Positions 8,951 through 17,716 are shown, counted from the stretch's first letter. The stretch: DNA of 40,000 nt from Pseudomonas baetica (GCF_051216495.1 NZ_JBPKAM010000019.1:1-40000); one strand, 5' to 3'. Program-made: numbers and translations. Notes: a model not told the origin generated them from the letters alone.

Positions 8951-10255
8951 ATGCACGAAGCGTTGACAACCATTCAAACCCAGCTAGAAGCTGTGATTGC
9001 GCAGATAAAGGCCACAGTGCCTAACGACGAGCCGTTCGGGATCGCTCATGGCAACTGGTCGTTCCCTGGACTTACGAGATCGGAACTCATCGAAGAAGCA
9101 CAATCAATCATTGAGTTGATTGATGATAACGGTCCTGATGAATTGGGGAGTTCGGAAGACCGGATTAAGGATTATGCTCGGCGCATTACCTATTTGCACG
9201 GAGCCACCGTTCCGAATATTTGGGGTAGCGCAGCCACTGCAATTCCTACATATATGTTCACGCTTGGGGGACTGCGCAAAGCCCTTGAGCCGGTCTTGAA
9301 GGCCGACGAACGTGCGGAGGCACAAGCAAAAATCCGTAGGCTGACTTTGCAACTACGGGCTATGGAGGCGCGAATTAAGGGGTTAGAACCGCGCACTGCT
9401 GACCTAAGTTCAATGGTGGAGAGGATTGAGCAGGCATACAACGCGGCTGATCAGCTTCCTGCCGACTTGGAGCAGTTGTCAGAGGCGAAAAAGACGATAG
9501 ATGACCTTGCTCAATCGGCAACCAAAGACCAAGCCCGTATCCTGACGCTTCGAGAGCACGCCGACGAAATTGATGCTCTGCTGAAAATAAGTGCGGAGGA
9601 CGCGGAAGCGGTGCTAAAACGCTGCGAGACAGCCTATTCGGCGGCGACAAGCGTTGGGTTGGCGGCCGCATTCAGCGAGCGCTCTATAGCTCTATCCAAG
9701 TCGATGTGGTTCTGGGTTGCTGGACTTGCCGTTGCCCTTGTGGGGGGGAGTTATTTCGGCTCCAATCAGCTTCACACGCTTTCAGAGCTTTTCCGAATTC
9801 CAAACATATCGACATCGGTGGTGACTCTGAATTTGCTACTGTCGCTGCTTTCCGTTGGCGCTCCTGTTTGGTTTTCATGGCTGGCTACAAAGCAGATAGG
9901 ACAAAGATTCAGGCTTGCTGAAGATTATGCCTTCAAGGCATCCATTTCACGCGCGTATGAGGGTTTCCGGCGAGAAGCTGCTGGATTTGACAAAGAAATG
10001 GAAGCGAAACTACTTTCATCTGCACTTGCTCGGTTCGATGAGCTTCCTCTCCGACTGGTAGAACCTGATAGCCATGGAAGTCCTTGGCATGAACTTGCTT
10101 CGTCGGATGTTGTTAAGCAAGCACTCAAAGCCGTACCAGGTTTTACTGAGCAAATAAAAGATCTCGCGGGCAAAGCTGTTGATACCGTGACGCCTTCAAA
10201 AGCGAAACCAGCACCAACACCCACTGCAGCACCTGCATCTTTACCGATTGAGTAG
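8951..10255 (+). CDS. Orphan coiled-coil protein with a 2-TM hairpin (unknown function)
   Basis: 434-aa uninterrupted ORF. It has heptad-like charged helices (about residues 120-240), two hydrophobic segments (MWFWVAGLAVALVGGSYFG and VVTLNLLLSLLSVGAPVWFSWLA), then ATKQIGQRFRLAEDYAFKASISRAYEGF and a Pro/Ala/Thr-rich tail. I recognise no family. Confidence 0.75.
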   Translation: MHEALTTIQTQLEAVIAQIKATVPNDEPFGIAHGNWSFPGLTRSELIEEAQSIIELIDDNGPDELGSSEDRIKDYARRITYLHGATVPNIWGSAATAIPTYMFTLGGLRKALEPVLKADERAEAQAKIRRLTLQLRAMEARIKGLEPRTADLSSMVERIEQAYNAADQLPADLEQLSEAKKTIDDLAQSATKDQARILTLREHADEIDALLKISAEDAEAVLKRCETAYSAATSVGLAAAFSERSIALSKSMWFWVAGLAVALVGGSYFGSNQLHTLSELFRIPNISTSVVTLNLLLSLLSVGAPVWFSWLATKQIGQRFRLAEDYAFKASISRAYEGFRREAAGFDKEMEAKLLSSALARFDELPLRLVEPDSHGSPWHELASSDVVKQALKAVPGFTEQIKDLAGKAVDTVTPSKAKPAPTPTAAPASLPIE

Positions 10256-10294
10256 TCACAGTTGCACCTTATGCAATGCTACATACCGCGTAAC

Positions 10295-10386
10295 AAAAAG
10301 GGGACAACAAAAAAGGTACAGGTTTATTTTCTTTAAAATAAGTCTGTACCCTTTTTGCCGCTTTTGTCCGAAAATAAATCGTTCCC
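10295..10386. repeat. Hairpin-family copy A (nested imperfect palindrome)
   Basis: AAAAAGGGGACAAC ... AAAAGGTACAGGTTTATTTT / AAAATAAGTCTGTACCCTTTTT ... TTGTCCGAAAATAAATCGTTCCC. It lies just 3' of the 434-aa gene. Confidence 0.7.
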
Positions 10387-10792
10387 ATCTTTAGTCCATC
10401 TTCAGCCAAATTTTTATTAATTATGATTCTGGGTAGTATGGTTGGTGCAGCGGGCGAATGATGAGGTGACATAAGCTATGGAGGACACGAAGAGAAGAGC
10501 TCAGTCTGAATCCGCAACGAGCAAGCCCGGAGCGTGCCTTCTCTGAGCCCCCCAGAAAACTGATCATTGGGCGATAGGAGAAATGAAAGGGAGCTTAAAG
10601 GCTATGAATCCAATGAAGGGCTAACCCAACTATATGATGCACATAGAGCGCATGAGCATATCAGGGGCTAGCAAAGCAAAATCAGGTTCAATCTAGAAAC
10701 TTTTGAAGATTATCAGTAAATTTAAGCAGTTATGGCGGTTAGCATATTCGACTTCTTCGCGACCTCCGCTTACTCACAGGACTAACAAAATA

Positions 10793-11605
10793 ATGCGGGC
10801 AGCAGCGCTTGTCTTCTTGGTTTTTTCTACCATCATAGTAATTATCACCGGCTTTTGGGGGTGGGTATCAAGCAGCATATTCCCAAGCCAGACTTGGGGT
10901 TTATACTCTCGCTCTTTCTTTGAAGACATACTGGCAAACGCTCACGGAACAATAATAGACCTTTTTGTAGTCGGCCTGATCCTCTACTGGTTTGAGCAAC
11001 GCCGGAACGAAAGAGATGAAGCTGAACGTTCTCGTCGCCTTCGCGAAGATAAAGCGAGAAGGAATCGTGAGGATCTGGCTGACTTACGTTACGATCGCTC
11101 AACTGATGCACCATACAAAGTGCTTGGGACAATTCGACGTCTTCTTGATCTTGAAGAGAAAAAGTTAAAACTTTCAGAGGTAAATCTTTCAAGGTTAGAA
11201 ATAAGAGACCTAAAATTAGAGCATGGTGATCTTCATGCGGCGATATTCAAAGGCAGTCGATTGCTTCGCGTAAGCATTGATAACTGCAGATGTGAAGCTG
11301 CGATATTCATTGATGCGCAACTTGAACATACAACATTCTCTAAAACCGATTTGCGTCGCGCAAAATTTCAAAACGCCACGCTAAAAGGAATGGATTTCAC
11401 CAGTTGTGATGTCGCTCACGCGGACTTCAGTGGGGCGGACTTGAGTAGTGCAAATTTCCGAGGTGTCGATTGCAAAGGGGTTAAGTTCACTAATGCCATT
11501 CTTCGATCGACAAATTTCATTGACGCTAAAAATTTAGATCCGTACGTAATCGAGCTTGAAAAGCGTCCTAAGGGACCAAAAGTTACGTCTTACAAGGCCC
11601 CATAG
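10793..11605 (+). CDS. Membrane-anchored pentapeptide-repeat protein
   Basis: Two N-terminal hydrophobic helices (AAALVFLVFSTIIVIITGFWGWV, GTIIDLFVVGLILYWF), a highly charged linker (EQRRNERDEAERSRRLREDKARRNRED), and C-terminal A(D/N)LXX-type repeats (ADFSG ADLSS ANFRG VDCKG VKFTN AILRS TNFID). The ATG at 10793 is preferred; an in-frame TTG at 10703 is possible. Confidence 0.8.
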   Translation: MRAAALVFLVFSTIIVIITGFWGWVSSSIFPSQTWGLYSRSFFEDILANAHGTIIDLFVVGLILYWFEQRRNERDEAERSRRLREDKARRNREDLADLRYDRSTDAPYKVLGTIRRLLDLEEKKLKLSEVNLSRLEIRDLKLEHGDLHAAIFKGSRLLRVSIDNCRCEAAIFIDAQLEHTTFSKTDLRRAKFQNATLKGMDFTSCDVAHADFSGADLSSANFRGVDCKGVKFTNAILRSTNFIDAKNLDPYVIELEKRPKGPKVTSYKAP

Positions 11606-11796
11606 TACGTAGAAAATAAAAACTGGGGGGGAATCCAACCACCCTCTCTGGGGGTTTCCCCCTCCTCAGCAGCAGCCAGTTGATCTTCAGATTAACATGA
11701 AGACGATGGACACAGTCAAGCCTACCGGCCGCCCATGGCGTCTAGGTTTATAGCTTCGACGACAGGAAAAAAAGAAAAAGTAAGAAAAAATAAGAA

Positions 11797-11850
11797 AAAA
11801 GGGGGCAGATTTATTTTAGTGGAATGTCTAGACAGAAAAAATCTGTCCCC
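11797..11850. repeat. Hairpin-family copy B
   Basis: AAAAGGGGGCAGATTT (arm 11801-11812) ... AAATCTGTCCCC (11839-11850), with one arm mismatch and a 26-nt loop containing GTCTAGAC. It is preceded by a roughly 40-nt A/G-rich tract. Confidence 0.7.
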
Positions 11851-11954
11851 TTTGCCCGGTCCTTCAACGTTCACAATACCTATGAACAGCGAGATTCCCG
11901 TTGCTAAAACAAATTCTGACCCAAGCAAAACTACCGAAAGACAAAACCACCATC

Positions 11955-12734
11955 ATGTCTGGGATCAAAGCCGTGCTGGCATTTCTCTCCCTGGGTACGG
12001 TCCACTATATTGGATTTCTTATGGAGATACCCTTCGAGATAGTTTCCATAGTATCGCTTAAGTTTCTGACAAATTTTGTCGCCACCTTTACCTTCTACCT
12101 CACATTCTGCTATATGGCCACGAAAGTGTTCGCCTTTGTGATATCACAGCTTTACTACTCTGCGCTAGCACCTCTTGCAGCTTTAACCTTTGCTGCTAGT
12201 AGAAAATTTCCTGAACGGCTAAGAAAGCCTGCGAGGCGAATGCACAGAGAAACCAATATCGCAGAAAAGCTCATTTATTGGGTGTTTTTCCTAGTTATAT
12301 TCAGCTTTATGTTCAATTTTTCGTACTTGAAGTTTGACTATTCTACTGTTGGTAGAATGACATGGATGTGGGTGGGTGGCATAAGTTTTGCCGCAATACT
12401 GAAATCCGGGATAATGATTCGCCCGACCACGCAGATCAAACGAATCCTTGATAAGAAAAGAATAGCTTTAAGAAGGTCTCTCATACGAGATTATATCTAT
12501 CTGCTTACAGGTTCAGCCGTAGCGCTTTCATTTTATACAGGCATGCTAAGATTTGAAAAAATAATGACCGAAGATGTAGTTAATTTCAGAAGCGAACAGT
12601 ACCAAGGGCAAGCCCGTGTTCTTTTGAGTATCGACGATGCTTATTTGTTAGTCGAAAGCAGTTTCAGAAAGCAAACATTTTTTTATCTGGTAGATACGAT
12701 AATGATACGATTGCCAACCGATCGCAATAAGTAG
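11955..12734 (+). CDS. Orphan polytopic membrane protein
   Basis: 259 aa from MSGIKAVLAF (ATG 11955; an in-frame TTG at 11901 is also possible). It has about 6-7 hydrophobic segments, basic loops (RKFPERLRKPARRMHRE, KRILDKKRIALRRS) and a roughly 55-aa soluble C-terminus. I recognise no family. Confidence 0.65.
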   Translation: MSGIKAVLAFLSLGTVHYIGFLMEIPFEIVSIVSLKFLTNFVATFTFYLTFCYMATKVFAFVISQLYYSALAPLAALTFAASRKFPERLRKPARRMHRETNIAEKLIYWVFFLVIFSFMFNFSYLKFDYSTVGRMTWMWVGGISFAAILKSGIMIRPTTQIKRILDKKRIALRRSLIRDYIYLLTGSAVALSFYTGMLRFEKIMTEDVVNFRSEQYQGQARVLLSIDDAYLLVESSFRKQTFFYLVDTIMIRLPTDRNK

Positions 12735-12750
12735 CTAAATTTTTATTCAT

Positions 12751-12895
12751 GCAGACGCTAGCGCAAAAAAGTGACGGCACAAAAACACAAAAAAGGGGGC
12801 AGCAAAAAGGAGCAAAAAGGGAGCAAAAAGGGACAGCAAAAAGGGGACAGATTTATTTGAAATCAAATCTGTCCCCTTTTTGCTGAAGCGTCTGC
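12751..12895. repeat. Hairpin-family copy C, a composite element
   Basis: Outer inverted repeat GCAGACGCT (12751-12759) / AGCGTCTGC (12887-12895). Internal tandem AGCAAAAAGG-type units (about 12795-12842). Perfect 20-bp stem AGCAAAAAGGGGACAGATTT (12835-12854) / AAATCTGTCCCCTTTTTGCT (12865-12884). Confidence 0.8.
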
Positions 12896-13063
12896 CCAAG
12901 ACGTAACCTGCTTGGGATCACTAAGTAAAGTTTACTAAGGATTCAATTTTTTAATGGCTGCCTTGAATAAAGCTTATCTTCATTTATTGCCGCTGATAGC
13001 CTGCTTTCGACTGATGTCGTTAAGCTTTGAAATAGAGAAGATGCATTACATTGTAAAGAGAAT

Positions 13064-13111
13064 AAAAAAGGGGAAGGTTTATTTTTTAAATAAACCTTCC
13101 CAATTTTTTTT
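13064..13111. terminator. Bidirectional intrinsic terminator (hairpin-family copy D) after the rexB-like gene
   Basis: Perfect 14-bp stem GGGAAGGTTTATTT (13071-13084) / AAATAAACCTTCCC (13088-13101) with a 3-nt loop, A6 upstream and T8 downstream. It lies 26 nt beyond the stop at 13137. Confidence 0.8.
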
Positions 13112-13136
13112 GCTTTTAATTCCTAAAAAAGTAAGA

Positions 13137-13613
13137 TTAGTGTGAGGAGGACTTGTTGTGCAATGTTAAGAATGCAAATAATAGAATTAATATGTGGAAC
13201 ATGCTGTTAATGCTCATAACCATTGAGCTATTGAAGAATAGCTCCGGTCTGGAAGAAAGCATTAATATAGAAATGAAGAAATTCACTGCAAGGCATAATA
13301 TTGCAAAAAAATACATTCCCATTAAAATTGAAAAATATCCGTGTGCTTTGTAGCGTTCATAAAAGCTACTTTTGCCAATGCTTAGAATTATTACAACTGA
13401 TCCGGCGAGGAGGGTCATCATCGTAAAACAAAATGTTGCCATGATAACGGCAACATTGCCATTTTGCTTTAAAAGGCTAAGCGATACTCCTAGCTTTGGA
13501 ACTAACAGCCAGTGATAGATTGCCCAGCAAAATAGTCCAGGCAGGGTCATGATTGTAAGCAGTAATAGCGATATTAGGATCTTTTTCGATTTTGACAGCG
13601 CTCTTGAGCTCAT
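13137..13613 (-). CDS. RexB-like four-helix membrane protein
   Basis: 158 aa with four hydrophobic segments. It is co-linear with lambda RexB as I recall it: FYERYKAHGYFS vs LAKIREYGYMTS, ILMLSS vs LLLLSS, and the C-terminal HILILLFAFLTL vs HICILVFQLYNL. It sits immediately 3' of the rexA-like gene. Confidence 0.65.
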   Translation of the reverse strand: MSSRALSKSKKILISLLLLTIMTLPGLFCWAIYHWLLVPKLGVSLSLLKQNGNVAVIMATFCFTMMTLLAGSVVIILSIGKSSFYERYKAHGYFSILMGMYFFAILCLAVNFFISILMLSSRPELFFNSSMVMSINSMFHILILLFAFLTLHNKSSSH

Positions 13614-14448
13614 TTAAACGCCCCGCAAGATATTTGTTTTGAACAATGAGTTTTTGCATCAGGCTCGGTATTTCGTTTTCCGTCCTGTAGCTGAATTCAT
13701 CGTAAATTGCGCTATTTTCGCTCAAATAGAAATCTGTCAGGGTGTCTTTAATGAACTCTTTTGCTCTGATTTTTACTGCGACGTCAGAGCTTCCGCTAAC
13801 CTTTTCAATAAGGGTCGAGACAATTGGCTTAATGTTTCCTCTTTTAGTAGGCTTAAATATTATTTCCACCGAATCCATAGATAGGTCGTTGGAAATATCA
13901 AGCCCGAAAACATTCCCAAGTTCTTGGGCGAGAGTATTTTCTCGGGATAGTTCTATGCTTGTTCGACCAACGACATTTAGAGTCATTACATCTTTTGCAT
14001 TTGCTTCCATCATAACCGGGTTAACTCGAAAATCAAGATGATTGATTCCGAGGCTGGCTAGGATGTCATTTACGAAGACACTAAACGGCGATACGCCAGG
14101 AGCCATAAATGTCGAAGAAATTCCAAAGTGATCTTCTCCGAAAACGATGTAAGATGCGTAACCTAGTTCGCTTTCGTTATCAATTTTGTTTCTGAGGTCG
14201 TCAAAGGTCATATTGCCTTTGTTTATTTGTTTAAAGAAGTCAGTGTTTCTAGTTTCTAAAAACAAAAATATATTCTCTGTGGATGGCACTGAAAATAAGT
14301 ACAGGTTCTCTCCGTTGTAAGAGAACGTGCTTTTGTATTCTGGATTTTTAATTAGTGAGAAATTCAGAAGAAAATCTCGCATGTCAAATTCTAGATTTTT
14401 GCCAGAATTTCTATCTTTGAAGTAGTAACTAAAATACTTGATCTTCAC
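13477..14448 (-). CDS. RexA-like protein
   Basis: 323 aa with a GTG start at 14446-14448. It is co-linear with lambda RexA from memory: NLYLF..FLFLETRN..FKQINKG..DDLRNKI..ESELGYASYIVFGEDHFGIS vs YLYIH..FLFTKTND..VQKINRS..EDIKNSL..DESLGFPSFLFVEGDTIGFA; VGRTSIEL vs IGRTTVKV; VEIIFKPTKRGNIK vs LDIVIKPKFKRDIK; VKIRAKEFIKDTLTDFYLSE vs ISLRAKDEAGDILTEHYLSE. Confidence 0.72.
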   Translation of the reverse strand: MKIKYFSYYFKDRNSGKNLEFDMRDFLLNFSLIKNPEYKSTFSYNGENLYLFSVPSTENIFLFLETRNTDFFKQINKGNMTFDDLRNKIDNESELGYASYIVFGEDHFGISSTFMAPGVSPFSVFVNDILASLGINHLDFRVNPVMMEANAKDVMTLNVVGRTSIELSRENTLAQELGNVFGLDISNDLSMDSVEIIFKPTKRGNIKPIVSTLIEKVSGSSDVAVKIRAKEFIKDTLTDFYLSENSAIYDEFSYRTENEIPSLMQKLIVQNKYLAGRLNELKSAVKIEKDPNIAITAYNHDPAWTILLGNLSLAVSSKARSIA

Positions 14449-14748
14449 CTTAAGTCCCTTTTTGGATGTTTGATAGCATTTTGCTATAAATCCATTTGTT
14501 GCACAATATCTTGTTTAGTCGCGTTTTGCTGATTGCCGAGACAAGGTCGGGTTGATTTGATGGGAGCGCTTGTTGGGTAGGGGGAAGGCAGGTCGAAGTC
14601 AAATTACCAGCGAAGTGTGGAGATGAGCTATGGAATTCATTCGGTCAAGATTTCTCTACCTGCTCTCCTTGCGAACCTAAAGCTTTTCTATTCAGAGGGA
14701 TCTCCGCTGATGGGGTCCCCTAGCTCTACGTTGTCATCCACATAGACG

Positions 14749-14770
14749 GAAAGGGGGCGGATTTATTATT
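14749..14770. repeat. Hairpin-family half-copy E (no partner arm)
   Basis: GAAAGGGGGCGGATTTATTATT matches the AAAGGGG.C.GATTTATT core. I found no inverted partner nearby. It sits at the right edge of the low-GC DNA. Confidence 0.5.
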
Positions 14771-14833
14771 GGGTTAGGCGTGGCGAATTACGCCGTTCCA
14801 TGGGCCCTCCCGCTTCAGGCACCCTTGCTGACA

Positions 14834-15163
14834 TCATTGGATGTCTTTCAGATATTCCTTGAGTGCAATGAGTGGGTCATCAAGCAGCGCCAGCGTCTGA
14901 GCACTAGAAAACTCCCCCACCAACCTCCCCAACTCCCGCCCCAACGGCTTATCCACACCCCCAACAGCCTCCAGCGCCAACCCCACACACTCACCCACCT
15001 TCACCTGAATCCCCTCGACATCCCCCCGTCGCACCAGCAACTCAAACACATCCCGCTGGTAATCGCCCATCACCAGGTCATCGCGCAGGATCGGGCTTTG
15101 GTCTTCGGTTTCGTAGGCGAGTTTGAGGGAGTAGAGGGCGATGGTTTCCAGTTGCGATTCCAT
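14834..15163 (-). CDS. Hypothetical protein (109 aa, native GC)
   Basis: Clean ORF with host-like GC and codon usage. I recognise no family. Confidence 0.55.
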   Translation of the reverse strand: MESQLETIALYSLKLAYETEDQSPILRDDLVMGDYQRDVFELLVRRGDVEGIQVKVGECVGLALEAVGGVDKPLGRELGRLVGEFSSAQTLALLDDPLIALKEYLKDIQ

Positions 15164-15223
15164 GGGGGAGTCCTTGTGAAAGGGTTTAATCCGGTGAAGA
15201 GCAAAAGAAGAAGAGCAAGATCA

Positions 15224-15254
15224 AAAGATCGCAGCCTTCGGCAGCTCCTACAGG
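15224..15254. repeat. Second REP family, single copy
   Basis: AAAAGATCGCAGCCTTCGGCAGCTCCTACAGG is a GC-rich imperfect palindrome (CAGCCTTCGGCAG). It is distinct from the GTGGGAGCGAGCC family and resembles another Pseudomonas REP type I recall. Confidence 0.55.
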
Positions 15255-15307
15255 TCTGGGCGTTGTCAGGGGGTTGCCGGTGGGGTGTCGGCGGCTTTTC
15301 TGTGGGC

Positions 15308-15337
15308 GAAAAAAAAGGCCTTGCTAAGCAAGACCTT
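15308..15337 (-). terminator. Intrinsic terminator of tRNA-Leu
   Basis: Minus strand: AGGTCTTGC-TTA-GCAAGGCCT followed by T9, about 10 nt after the tRNA 3' end. Confidence 0.85.
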
Positions 15338-15346
15338 TCTTAATTT

Positions 15347-15431
15347 TGGTGCCCCGAGGGAGACTCGAACTCCCACTCCTTTCGAAAACGGATTTTGAAT
15401 CCGCCGCGTCTACCAATTCCGCCATCAGGGC
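15347..15431 (-). tRNA. tRNA-Leu (anticodon CAA), class II with long variable arm
   Basis: Minus strand: GCCCTGATGGCGGAATTGGTAGACGCGGCGGATTCAAAATCCGTTTTCGAAAGGAGTGGGAGTTCGAGTCTCCCTCGGGGCACCA. It has a 7-bp acceptor stem, anticodon loop TTCAAAA, T-arm GGGAGTTCGAGTCTCCC and an encoded CCA. Confidence 0.95.
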
Positions 15432-15442
15432 AATGGCCGCGG

Positions 15443-15471
15443 AGTATAAAGATGAGATAACCGCTGGTCAA
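15443..15471 (-). promoter_or_regulatory. Sigma70-type promoter for tRNA-Leu
   Basis: Minus strand: TTGACC, 17 nt, TATACT. The -10 element ends 11 nt before the mature tRNA 5' end. Confidence 0.6.
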
Positions 15472-15536
15472 TCAGGTACATGGAGAATTTTTGATATTTC
15501 CGCTAGACTTCCCGGCCCTGCTAGACGAACCCCATC

Positions 15537-17716
<2,180 letters not shown>

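Larger units (their letters stand above)
8700..14830. other. Low-GC genomic island (cassette-like, no integrase or transposase)
   Basis: Hand-counted 60-nt samples give 32% GC (12301-12360) and 33% (13141-13200), against 67% in secD (19001-19060). The first gene is intermediate (58% and 42% in two samples). Native-looking DNA flanks both sides. Confidence 0.65.

Noticed and set aside
10269-10472. The 67-aa ORF (minus), and likewise the 63-aa ORF at 12954-13145 (plus)
   Set aside because: Each reads straight through a spacer hairpin or terminator (…YFKENKPVPFLLSPF… is the translated repeat). They lie in AT-rich non-coding spacers and have no ribosome-binding site.
12795-12842. A CRISPR-like or iteron-like array from the tandem AGCAAAAAGG units
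   Set aside because: The units are 10-13 nt long and contiguous, with no spacers. No cas or rep gene is nearby. Phased A-tracts or slippage are a better description.
13137-14448. The rex-like genes as evidence of a lambdoid prophage
   Set aside because: There is no cI/cro/N-like gene, integrase, or structural or lysis gene anywhere in the flanks. The pair is a stand-alone cassette.
10256-14770. Integron-like cassette array, with the spacer hairpins acting as attC sites
   Set aside because: No intI integrase or attI is present. The cassettes are not all co-oriented, since the rex-like pair is inverted. I could not find the RYYYAAC/GTTRRRY core sites flanking the hairpins (GCGTAAC at 10288 and GTTGCAC at 10261 do not fit).
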